A DNA stretch of 64,000 nt from Gaiellaceae bacterium. Lineage in GTDB: Bacteria; Actinomycetota; Thermoleophilia; Gaiellales; Gaiellaceae. The notes under the pieces were generated by a model that saw nothing but the letters and a program-made list of their open reading frames with translations, made no database searches and had not been told where the DNA came from. Shown here one piece after another: positions 45,933 through 54,032 of the stretch; the stretch's first letter is position 1, and each line of letters begins with the position of its first letter. The stretch is taken from NCBI GenBank assembly GCA_040902725.1, contig JBBDWU010000045.1:3341-67340 (forward strand), given 5' to 3'. Position numbers and translations under genes: made by a program.

Positions 45933-48824
45933 ATGACCGCCTCGCCCCCTTCGGCGAGCCGCCGCACCGTCACCGTCCTCTTCTGCGACGTCGTCGACTC
46001 GACGCCGCTCGGGGAGCGCCTCGACGCGGAGACCCTGCGGCGGGTCCAGACCGAGTACTTCGCAGCGGTGCGGGGCGTGCTCGAGCGGCACGGCGGCCTC
46101 GTCGAGAAGTTCATCGGGGACGCGGCCATGGCCGTATTCGGCCTGCCCACACTGCACGAGGATGACGCGCTCCGCGCCGCCCGCGCCGCGTCCGAGCTCG
46201 GCGCGGCCGTCCTGCCGATCGACCGCGAGCTCGACAGGGACCACGGCCTGCGGCTGAGAATCCGGGTCGGAGTCGCCACGGGCGAGGTCGTCACCGGCGA
46301 TCCGGCCGGCGGCCAGGCACTCGCCACGGGCGAGACGGTCGTGACGGCCCAACGCCTCGAGCAGGCGGCTCGGCCCGAGGAGGTGCTCGTCGACGACCCG
46401 ACCTACCGCCTGATCGCGGACGCCGTCGACGCCGAGCCGGTCGAGGCCGTCGCCGCGAAGGGCAAGACCGAGCCCGTCGCGGCCTGGAGGTTGCTGGGGG
46501 TCGAGACGGGCGCGCTGGGCGTGGCCCGCCGCTTCGACACGCCGCTCGTCGGTCGCGAGAGCGAGCTGGCCGCGTTGCGCGGCGCGCTCGAGCGGGCCCT
46601 CGCGGGGCGCCGCTGCCAACTCGTGACCGTGGTCGGGCAGGCGGGCGTCGGTAAATCGCGCCTCGTGCGCGAGTTCCTCCTCGAGGCCGGGCCGGCGGCA
46701 ACGGTGCGGATTGGACGCTGCCCGCCCTACGGCGACGGCATCACCTTCTTGCCCGTCGCGGAAGTGCTCCCGGACGAGACGCTCGAAGGCACGACGGACG
46801 AGATCTTTCGGCGCGTGCGCAAGAGCTTCGAGCAGCTGGCCGAGCGAGGACCGCTCGTTCTCTGCTTCGACGACGTTCACTGGGCGGAGCCGACCTTCCT
46901 CAACCTCGTCGATTACCTGAAGGGCTGGATCGTCGCTGCCCCGGTCCTGATCGTTTGCCTGGCTCGCCCGGAGCTGCTCGACGAGCGACCCGAGTGGCAG
47001 CAGTCGAGCCTCTCGCTGCCGCCGCTCTCCCCGGCGGAGATCGAGACCCTGCTCGATGCGCTCGATGCGCCTGCGGAGGCCCGTGGCCGGATCGCGGAAG
47101 CCGCCGAGGGGAACCCCCTCTTCGCCGAGCAGGTGGCGGCGATCGCCGTCGACGAGGGCTCGGAGTTCGTCGTGCCGCGCTCGATCCAGCTCTTGCTTGC
47201 CGCTCGGCTCGACCGGCTCGCGGCGAGCGAGCGCTCGGTCGCGGAGTGGGCGGCGGTCGTCGGGCGCGAGTTTCCCCTGCGGGCGGTGGCGGCCCTTGCG
47301 CCGGAGGAGATGCGCGCCGAGGTCGCAGGGCACCTGTTCGCACTGCTCCGCAAGGACCTGGTCGAGCCGCACGCCGGCCTCTTTTGGGAGGAGGACGGCT
47401 TCCGCTTCCGGCACGGCCTCATCCGCGATGTCGCGTACGAGGGAATCCCGAAGGAGGTGCGCGCCGAGCTCCACGAACGCTACGCGCGCTGGTACGACCG
47501 CTACCACGGCGAGGACGTGATCGTCGGCTATCACCTCGAGCAGGCGTTCCGGTACCGGCAGCAGCTCGGGCGTGTCGACGAGTCCCTGGGGGAGGAGGCC
47601 GGGCGCTGCCTGGCGGTCGCGGGCCGGCGAGCGTTCGCGCGCCAGGACACGCCGGCCGCGACCAAGTTGCTCCAGCGAGCGCTCGCGCTCCTACCGAAAG
47701 ACGACCCGGAGCGGCGCGAGCTCATGCGCGAGGAGAGCATCGCCCTCTGGCTCGGCGGCGAGGCCAGAAAGAGCACGGCGGTGCTGGACGAGCTGCTCGA
47801 GTTGGCGGTCGAATCCGGCGACAGGCGGATGGAGTGGTACGCGCTGCTCGAGCGCGCCCACCGCCGCACGATGATCGACCCCGGAGCCACCGCGGACGAG
47901 CTCCTCGCCGTGACGGAGCAGGCGATCGCGGTGTTCGAGGAGCTCGGGGACGAGTCCGGCCTCGCCCAGGCCTGGCGGCGCCGCTCGCTGGCCCCGCGAG
48001 GGCAGGGGGACTTCGCCACGGCCGAGGAGGCACTCGAGCGGGCGTACGTCCACGCCCGCAAGGCGACCGACCGCCAGGAGCAGGGCCGGACGATCGACGC
48101 CCTGTGCGGCATCCTCCTTTACGGCCCGGCCCCCGTCGACGCCGCCCTCCGCCGCTGCGACGAGCTGCTCGAGGCCGCCGGCGGCGATCTGCTCGCCGAG
48201 GCTTGCGTGCTGAGGACGACCGCGGCGCTGCGCGCGATGCGGGGAGAGTTCGGGCTGAGCCGCTCGCTTTGCGCCGGCGTCAGGGAGACGTATCAGGATC
48301 TGGGGCTCCGCCTCGCGCTCGTCGCGCTGGCGGAGATCGCGGGTGGGATCGAGCTGCTCGCAGGGAACGCGGCGGAGGCGGAGGTCGCTCTGCGTGGGGG
48401 CTACGAAATCCTCTTCGCCATGGGCGACGCCACCGTCGTCGCCTTCCAGGCGGGCCTGCTCGCCGAGACGGTCGCGCTGCAGGGGCGGCTGGAGGAGGCG
48501 GAGGAGCTCGTCCGGCGCGCCGAGGAAGGGGCTGCCGAGGACATTGGCGCCCAGATCCACTGGCGCGCCACGAAGGCGGCCATCGAGAGCCTGCGCGGCC
48601 GGCACGACGCCGCGATCGAGCTCGCGCGGAAGGCCGTCGAGATCGCGGCCGGCACCGACGCTCTCAACATGCACGCCGGTGCCGCCCTCCGGCTCGCTGA
48701 GGTCCTGAGGCGCGCAGGCCGGCTCGAGGAAGCAGCGCGTTCGGCGAGCGACGCAGTGCGCCTGTACGAGCACAAGGGGAACGTCGTGGCCGCCCGCGCC
48801 GCCCTTCCGTCCGTGGCGGTTTAG
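45933..48824 (+). CDS. Class III nucleotidyl cyclase - AAA(AAA_16-like) ATPase - TPR protein (distant paralog 4)
   Basis: VTVLFCDVVDSTPLGERLD..EKFIGDAAMAVFG..RIRVGVATGEVV..GETVVTAQRLEQAA (cyclase). Then LVGRESELAALRGAL..VVGQAGVGKSRLV (Walker A)..LCFDDVHWAE (Walker B), followed by a long TPR-like C-terminus. TACACT lies 7 nt upstream of ATG 45933. Confidence 0.9.
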   Translation: MTASPPSASRRTVTVLFCDVVDSTPLGERLDAETLRRVQTEYFAAVRGVLERHGGLVEKFIGDAAMAVFGLPTLHEDDALRAARAASELGAAVLPIDRELDRDHGLRLRIRVGVATGEVVTGDPAGGQALATGETVVTAQRLEQAARPEEVLVDDPTYRLIADAVDAEPVEAVAAKGKTEPVAAWRLLGVETGALGVARRFDTPLVGRESELAALRGALERALAGRRCQLVTVVGQAGVGKSRLVREFLLEAGPAATVRIGRCPPYGDGITFLPVAEVLPDETLEGTTDEIFRRVRKSFEQLAERGPLVLCFDDVHWAEPTFLNLVDYLKGWIVAAPVLIVCLARPELLDERPEWQQSSLSLPPLSPAEIETLLDALDAPAEARGRIAEAAEGNPLFAEQVAAIAVDEGSEFVVPRSIQLLLAARLDRLAASERSVAEWAAVVGREFPLRAVAALAPEEMRAEVAGHLFALLRKDLVEPHAGLFWEEDGFRFRHGLIRDVAYEGIPKEVRAELHERYARWYDRYHGEDVIVGYHLEQAFRYRQQLGRVDESLGEEAGRCLAVAGRRAFARQDTPAATKLLQRALALLPKDDPERRELMREESIALWLGGEARKSTAVLDELLELAVESGDRRMEWYALLERAHRRTMIDPGATADELLAVTEQAIAVFEELGDESGLAQAWRRRSLAPRGQGDFATAEEALERAYVHARKATDRQEQGRTIDALCGILLYGPAPVDAALRRCDELLEAAGGDLLAEACVLRTTAALRAMRGEFGLSRSLCAGVRETYQDLGLRLALVALAEIAGGIELLAGNAAEAEVALRGGYEILFAMGDATVVAFQAGLLAETVALQGRLEEAEELVRRAEEGAAEDIGAQIHWRATKAAIESLRGRHDAAIELARKAVEIAAGTDALNMHAGAALRLAEVLRRAGRLEEAARSASDAVRLYEHKGNVVAARAALPSVAV

Positions 48825-48857
48825 GCTGCGCCAGGCCGTCGAGAGAAGGGAGACACG

Positions 48858-49082
48858 ATGTGGTTCAGCAAATGGCTGAGGAGCGGGGCCGAGTTCAAGG
48901 GTGAGGCGGAGAACTCGATCGAGGACGCGGTGCACGCAGCCGTCGAGGACGCGGCGAACAAGGGACAGCTCGGCACCGGCGACCGCTTCAAGGTCAAGCA
49001 CATCCGAGGCCGCGTCGGTGCGCACGACTCGCCGTGGCACATCACGTACAGCGCCGTGATCGAGAAGGAGCCGCGCAGCTAG
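48858..49082 (+). CDS. Dodecin-fold-like small protein (74 aa), hypothetical
   Basis: The SD aagggag lies before ATG 48858. The product is MWFSKWLRSGAEFKGEAENSIEDAVHAAVEDAANKGQLGTGDRFKVKHIRGRVGAHDSPWHITYSAVIEKEPRS. The strand-helix-strand-strand order and the FKVKHIRGRVG segment resemble mycobacterial dodecin (..FEVQSIRGHLVDG.., from memory). Confidence 0.5.
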   Translation: MWFSKWLRSGAEFKGEAENSIEDAVHAAVEDAANKGQLGTGDRFKVKHIRGRVGAHDSPWHITYSAVIEKEPRS

Positions 49083-50015
49083 TCAGTCTGCGAGCAATGC
49101 CCGGGCGAAGTCCTGCGGGTCGAAGGGCCGCAGGTCGTCGATTGCCTCGCCCACGCCGACGAGCGTGACGGGGAGCTCGAGCTCGTGCGCGATCGCGACG
49201 GCGATCCCGCCACGGGCGGATCCGTCCAGCTTGGTCAGCGCGACTCCGGTCACGCCGACCGCGTCGCGGAACTCGCGCGCCTGCTGGAGGCCGTTCTGGC
49301 CGGTGGTCGCGTCGACGACGAGCAGCGTCTCGTGCGGCGCGCCCTCCAGCTTGCCCGCGAGCACGCGCCGTACCTTCGCCAGCTCCTCCATGAGGTTGCG
49401 CTGGGTGTGCAGCCGGCCGGCGGTGTCGACGATCACGACGTCGTGGCCGCCGGCCCGCTCCAGCGCGTCGAAGGCGACCGACGCAGGGTCGCCGCCCTGC
49501 CGGCCGCCGACGAACTCTGCTCCCGCCCGCTCGGCCCAGATCTCCAGCTGCTCCTCCGCGGCGGCGCGGAACGTGTCCGCGGCGGCCAGCAACACCGAGC
49601 GCTCGTGGGCTCGGAGCGCGTGGGCGAGCTTCCCGATCGTCGTCGTCTTGCCGGTGCCGTTGACGCCGACGACGAGGATCACGCTCGGCTTGGCGCTCAC
49701 ATCAAGCGTTCCCGGCTCCCCGAGCATGGCCGCCAGCTCCTCGGCGATGTCGTCGATGCCGCCCCGCGCCTCGAGCCGCCGCACGAGCTCGGCCGTCGCG
49801 GGCACGCCCACGTCTGCGCCGATCAGCGCCTCCTCGAGCCGCTCCCAGGCCGCGTCGTCGGCGGGATCGAACGCCGCGAGCGCGAGCTGCTCGGTGAGGG
49901 CCCGCCGGCTCTTCGCCAGGGAGTCGCGCAGCCGGCCGAAGACCCCACGCCGCTCCTCCTCGGTCTCCGGGGGCGCTGCGCCGTCGCCGAGCAGCTCTGC
50001 CCAGCTTCTCGCCAT
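49083..50015 (-). CDS. ftsY: Signal recognition particle receptor FtsY
   Basis: A short N-terminal region is followed by the NG domain: GVNGTGKTTTIGKLA, DTAGRL, TKLDGSARGG. Confidence 0.95.
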   Translation of the reverse strand: MARSWAELLGDGAAPPETEEERRGVFGRLRDSLAKSRRALTEQLALAAFDPADDAAWERLEEALIGADVGVPATAELVRRLEARGGIDDIAEELAAMLGEPGTLDVSAKPSVILVVGVNGTGKTTTIGKLAHALRAHERSVLLAAADTFRAAAEEQLEIWAERAGAEFVGGRQGGDPASVAFDALERAGGHDVVIVDTAGRLHTQRNLMEELAKVRRVLAGKLEGAPHETLLVVDATTGQNGLQQAREFRDAVGVTGVALTKLDGSARGGIAVAIAHELELPVTLVGVGEAIDDLRPFDPQDFARALLAD

Positions 50016-50037
50016 CCCCCAACGCTAGCCTCAGCGC

Positions 50038-50370
50038 GTGCTCACTTGGGAACGAGTCGCCGAGGTCGCCCACGAGCTCCCTGAGGTCGAGGACTCGACC
50101 TCGTACGGCGCCCCGTGCTTCCGCGTGGCGGGGAAGGCCTTCGCCGGCGTCTCGCGCCACGAGGGCGGGATCTGGGCCCGCTGCGACCGCGAGGAGCGGC
50201 CGCTGCTCGTCGCGTCGAACCCGGAGCTCTACCGGCTCACGCCGCACTTCGAGCGTTCGCCCGGCTATCTGCTGATCTGGCTCGAGCACGCGACCGAGCA
50301 GGACGTGCGCGAGCGCCTCGAGGATGCCTGGCTGATCCAGGCGCCGAAGCGCCTCCTGCCTAGGCTGTAG
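50038..50370 (+). CDS. MmcQ/YjbR-family protein
   Basis: MLTWERVAEVAHELPEVEDSTSYGAPCFRVAGKAFAGV..LEDAWLIQAPKRL. TAGCCT lies 6 nt upstream of GTG 50038. Confidence 0.7.
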   Translation: MLTWERVAEVAHELPEVEDSTSYGAPCFRVAGKAFAGVSRHEGGIWARCDREERPLLVASNPELYRLTPHFERSPGYLLIWLEHATEQDVRERLEDAWLIQAPKRLLPRL

Positions 50371-50383
50371 CGAGCGCCGCGCG
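50360..50383. repeat. Left copy of a 24-nt direct repeat (a duplicate of the smc 3' terminus)
   Basis: CTAGGCTGTAGCGAGCGCCGCGCG matches 50589..50612 (CTAGGCCGTAGCGAGCGCCGCGCG) at 23 of 24 positions. Both reverse complements read RAALATA-stop. Confidence 0.85.
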
Positions 50384-50409
50384 GTCTGCGCGGGGCAGCC
50401 GCCGCCGCG

Positions 50410-50431
50410 ACACTCTCGCCACACTCTCGCG
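50410..50431. repeat. Tandem 11-mer
   Basis: acactctcgcc and acactctcgcg are adjacent, with 10 of 11 positions identical. Confidence 0.8.
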
Positions 50432-50445
50432 CGCCTTTCGACCCC

Positions 50446-50531
50446 GGGGTCTGACCCCGTATCGCAAGTCGCAATCCGCCCAGGTGCAGGTGAATTGGCC
50501 CGGCGCTCGACACCGCATGGGGTCAGACCCC
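50446..50531. repeat. 13-nt inverted repeat pair (REP-like palindromic units) spaced 60 nt apart
   Basis: GGGGTCTGACCCC (50446..50458) and GGGGTCAGACCCC (50519..50531) are exact reverse complements. Each unit is itself nearly palindromic. Confidence 0.8.
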
Positions 50532-50588
50532 TGTTACAGAAGTCACACAAGCGTCACGCCGCTCTGCAGTACCGGCGGCCGCAAAGAA

Positions 50589-50612
50589 CTAGGCCGTAGC
50601 GAGCGCCGCGCG
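50589..50612. repeat. Right copy of the 24-nt direct repeat (the genuine smc 3' end)
   Basis: See 50360..50383. Confidence 0.85.
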
Positions 50613-53060
50613 ATCTTCCTGCGGCAGGCGCCGCGAGACGATCTCGGACACGCCCTCGGCGCCCATCGTGACGCCGTAGAGCACGTCGGCGGCCTCCATC
50701 GTCCGCTTCTGGTGCGTGATCACCACGAACTGGGCCCGGTCGGCGTAGCGTCGCAGCAGCTCGACGAAGCGGCCGATGTTCGCGTCGTCGAGCGCGGCCT
50801 CGACCTCGTCGAGCAGGTAGAAGGGGCACGGACGCGCTAGGAAGAGCGCGAACAGGAACGAGATCGCGCCGAGGGCCTTCTCGCCGCCCGAGAGCAGGGA
50901 GAGTCGGGTGATGCGCTTGCCGGCGGGCCGCAGGTGCACCTCGATGCCGTCCTCGGTGAGCTCGAGCCGCCCCTCGCCGCCGGGGAAGAGCGTTGCCGCG
51001 ACCTCGGCGAAGTTGGCGCGGACGGCGGCGAAGGTCTCCGCGAAGCGCGTCTCGACCGTCTCGGTGAGCTCGTCGCGGAGCTGCTCCAGCTCGTGCAGGC
51101 TCGTCTCCAGGTCCTCGCGCTTGGCCGCGAGCTCCTCGAGCCGCTCCTTCTCGGCCGCGTACTCCTCCTTGGCGAACGGGTTCACCTGGCCGAGCGACTC
51201 AAGGCGGCGCGCGAGCCGTTCCGCCTTCTCGGCCAGTGCGTCGCGGTCCTCGCCCTCGACCGGGTCGGCCCCGGCGGCCTCGAGGCGGCGCTTGGCCTCG
51301 TCGGCTTCCGCCTCGATCCTCGCCCGCTCGACCTCGACGGCCGACGAGCCCTCGGCGGCCTCGGCAGCCTCCCGGCGCAGCTCGGCCTCCGCGCCCCCGA
51401 GCTCGCGCAGCCGCTCCGCGAGCTCCTGCGTCCTCGTCGCGCCCGCATCGACCCGCGCCCGCAAGGGCGCCTCGAACCGGCCGGAGGCGCCGTCGGCGGC
51501 CTCGATCGCGGCGAGGAGGCGATCGACGGCGGCGTTCAGACGCCGCCCCACGGCCGGCTCGATCCGAGCGGTCGGCCCGGCTTCCGGGGCCTGGGCGGCC
51601 GCAGCCTCGAGCTCCTCGGCCTCGGCCGTGAGCGCCCGCCGCCGCGCCTCGAGCTCGAGCAGCACGACCTCCGCGGTCTCGCCGGCGAACCAGAGCTCTC
51701 CCCGCCCGGGGTCGTAGCCGAAGCCTTCGCTCGTTACCGCCGGGGCGGTCGACGCCAGCAGCTCGTCCAGCGGCACGACGGGCAACAGCTCCGGGGGCCG
51801 GGTGAGCACGACGAGCGTCCCGAGCCCCGCCGACCGCGCCTGCTGGAGCAGCGCGAGCGCGGCGCCCGCGTCCTCCGCGACCAGTGCGGACGCGCGCCAG
51901 CCGAGCGCGGCCGCGACCGCCTTCTCCTCGCCCGGCTCGACGCGAAGCTCGTCGAGCGCCAGGCGGCAGCCGCGCTCCGCGAGCGCGCGAGCCGCGGGCG
52001 GTAGTCCCTCGCGCTCTGCCAGCGAGCGCTCGAGCGCGGCCAGCCGCTCGCGCACCAGCCCTGCGCGCTCCTCGAGCGCGGCCCGCGAGGGCCCTTCGTA
52101 GCCCGTCGCGCGGTCGGGGACGTCAACCCGTAGCCCCTCCGCCTGCTCTCTTCGCAATGCCAGCCGCTCGCGCGTCCCCGTGAGCCGGTAGAGCGCTGCG
52201 GTGGCCGCCTCGCGCCGGCCCGCGGCGTCGGCGAGCTCCTCCTCCGCCGCCTCGCGCTCCCCGAGCACGCCTTCGAGCCGTTCGTCGACGTGGCGGCGGG
52301 CGAGTTGAGCCGCGAGCCGCCGCTCGTCGGTCGCGGCCAGTCGCTCCTCGCATGCGGCGAGATCGAGCTCGGCGAGCCGGGCGCGGTGGGCGGCGAGCTC
52401 GACCGCGACCCGCTCGGAGCGCTCGGCAGCCGTGGCCTGGAGCGCCAGCGGCCGCAGCCGCTTCTTGACCTCCGCCTCGACGTCGCGGGCGCGCTCGACC
52501 TGGATCTGGACGCGCGCGAGCTTCAGCTCGGCCCGGTGACGCCGGCGCTTGAAGCGCCCGAGCCCGGCAGCCTCCTCCACGAACTCGCGCCGCTTCTCGG
52601 GCGTCGAGGCGAGGATCTCCTCCACCTTGCCCTGGCCGATGATCGAGTGCATCCGGCCGCCCAGGCCGAGGTCAGCGAGCAGCTCGACGACGTCCAGGCG
52701 CCGCACGGAAGCCCTGTTGACGAGGTACTGGCCCTCGCCGCCCCGGTGGAGCCGGCGGATGATCGAAAGCTCCGAGAAATCGATTGGGCCGTCGCCGTCG
52801 GCGTTGTCGAAGAGCAGCTCGACCTCGCAGTAGTCGGCCTGCGTGCGCCCGCCGCCGCCCGCGAAGAGCACGTCGTCAGGCTTCTCGGCGCGGAGCTCCG
52901 TGGGCGCCAGCGAGCCGGCCGCCCACACGATCGCGTCGGCCACGTTCGACTTGCCCGACCCGTTCGGGCCGACGACCACGGCGACGCCTGGCTCGAGGCG
53001 GACCTCGACCGGGTCGGGGAACGACTTGAAGCCACGCAGCTTGATCGCGCTGAGATGCAC
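50589..53060 (-). CDS. smc: Chromosome partition protein Smc, unusually short (823 aa)
   Basis: GTG 53060 gives MHLSAIKLRGFKSFPD..VVGPNGSGKSNVADAI (Walker A). A hinge-like segment AALGWRASALVAEDAGAALALLQQARSAGLGTLVVL lies around aa 385-420. The C-terminal head has LSGGEKAL (signature) and FYLLDEVEAALD (Walker B). It is one uninterrupted ORF. Confidence 0.9.
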   Translation of the reverse strand: MHLSAIKLRGFKSFPDPVEVRLEPGVAVVVGPNGSGKSNVADAIVWAAGSLAPTELRAEKPDDVLFAGGGGRTQADYCEVELLFDNADGDGPIDFSELSIIRRLHRGGEGQYLVNRASVRRLDVVELLADLGLGGRMHSIIGQGKVEEILASTPEKRREFVEEAAGLGRFKRRRHRAELKLARVQIQVERARDVEAEVKKRLRPLALQATAAERSERVAVELAAHRARLAELDLAACEERLAATDERRLAAQLARRHVDERLEGVLGEREAAEEELADAAGRREAATAALYRLTGTRERLALRREQAEGLRVDVPDRATGYEGPSRAALEERAGLVRERLAALERSLAEREGLPPAARALAERGCRLALDELRVEPGEEKAVAAALGWRASALVAEDAGAALALLQQARSAGLGTLVVLTRPPELLPVVPLDELLASTAPAVTSEGFGYDPGRGELWFAGETAEVVLLELEARRRALTAEAEELEAAAAQAPEAGPTARIEPAVGRRLNAAVDRLLAAIEAADGASGRFEAPLRARVDAGATRTQELAERLRELGGAEAELRREAAEAAEGSSAVEVERARIEAEADEAKRRLEAAGADPVEGEDRDALAEKAERLARRLESLGQVNPFAKEEYAAEKERLEELAAKREDLETSLHELEQLRDELTETVETRFAETFAAVRANFAEVAATLFPGGEGRLELTEDGIEVHLRPAGKRITRLSLLSGGEKALGAISFLFALFLARPCPFYLLDEVEAALDDANIGRFVELLRRYADRAQFVVITHQKRTMEAADVLYGVTMGAEGVSEIVSRRLPQEDRAALATA

Positions 53061-53083
53061 GCTCGCCGGAGGCTAACGACGGG

Positions 53084-53755
53084 CTAGGACGTCGCCGGCT
53101 CGATTCCGAGCTCCTGGAGCGTCTCCCGCGCGGCCTCCTGCTCGGCGTCCTTCTTCGTCCGTCCGGAGCCCCGGCCCTCCTCCTTCCCGTCGACGAGGGC
53201 GGCGATTGTGAAGCGCCGGTCGTGCGGCGGCCCCTTCGCGTCGAGCACGGAGTAGGAGACGTGCTTCCCGTCCCGCGCGAGCACCTCCTGGAGCTCCGTC
53301 TTGTAGTCGACGTGGCTCGTCAGCGCGTACTCGATGCGGCTGCGGAAGGCCTCCACGATCGGCTTGCGCACCCTGGCGAAGCCGTGCTCGAGGAAGATCG
53401 CGGCCATTGCCGCCTCGAGCAGCGCGGCGAGCACGTTGCGGTTCCGGGTCAGCCGCTTGAGCTCGTCCTCCGGGAGACCGCGAGCGCGGACGCGCAGGGC
53501 GTCCCCCAGCCCGAGCTGGCGCGCCACGACCGCGCAGCTGGCGCGCGAGACGACGTGCGAGCGGATCTTCGCGAGCCGCCCCTCCGTAAAGTCCGGGTGC
53601 TCGTCGAACAGCGCGCACGCGACTGCGAGCTCCAGGACGCTGTCGCCCAGGAACTCGAGCCGCTCGTACGACTCGGCGCGATCCTCCGCCCAGGACGCGT
53701 GGGTGAAGACCTGCTCGGCGCGCTCCGGCGGCAGCCCCTCGATCAGCCGCCGCAG
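53084..53755 (-). CDS. rnc: Ribonuclease III (start codon unresolved)
   Basis: In one frame it reads ..LAALRRLIEGLPPERAEQVFTHASWAEDRAESYERLEFLGDSVLELAVACALF..GRLAKIRSHVVS.., with a dsRBD at the C-terminus. The first in-frame ATG/GTG/TTG is GTG 53527, downstream of the ERLEFLGD catalytic signature. The upstream limit given here (CTG 53755) is a guess. Confidence 0.8.
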   Translation of the reverse strand: MRRLIEGLPPERAEQVFTHASWAEDRAESYERLEFLGDSVLELAVACALFDEHPDFTEGRLAKIRSHVVSRASCAVVARQLGLGDALRVRARGLPEDELKRLTRNRNVLAALLEAAMAAIFLEHGFARVRKPIVEAFRSRIEYALTSHVDYKTELQEVLARDGKHVSYSVLDAKGPPHDRRFTIAALVDGKEEGRGSGRTKKDAEQEAARETLQELGIEPATS

Positions 53756-53780
53756 CGCGGCGAGACGGTCGTCCTCTTCC

Positions 53781-54026
53781 CTACTGGTGCCCGGAGACGT
53801 AGTCGACGGCCTGGCCGACGGTCGTGATCTTCTGCGCGTCCTCGTCCGAGATCTTGATTCCGAACTGGTCCTCCAGCTCCATGATCAGCTCGACGAGGTC
53901 GAGGGAGTCCGCGTCGAGGTCCTCCTGGAAGGACGCCTCTTCGGTGATCTCGCTCTCGTCGATCCCGAGTTGCTCGACGAGCACTTCCTTGACACGGTCG
54001 AAGACTTCCTCACGCGTAGCTGCCAT
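53781..54026 (-). CDS. acpP: Acyl carrier protein
   Basis: ..[22 protein letters not shown].. contains the phosphopantetheine Ser in the DSLD motif. Confidence 0.95.
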   Translation of the reverse strand: MAATREEVFDRVKEVLVEQLGIDESEITEEASFQEDLDADSLDLVELIMELEDQFGIKISDEDAQKITTVGQAVDYVSGHQ

Positions 54027-54032
54027 CTCACC

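Noticed and set aside
50384-50588. Possible SRP RNA, 6S RNA or another known housekeeping RNA next to ftsY/smc.
   Set aside because: I could not find the conserved SRP domain IV motifs (the GGAA-type tetraloop context, AGGUCCGGAAGGAAGCAGCC-like) or any other signature I recognise on either strand. It is reported instead as an unexplained repeat-bounded element.
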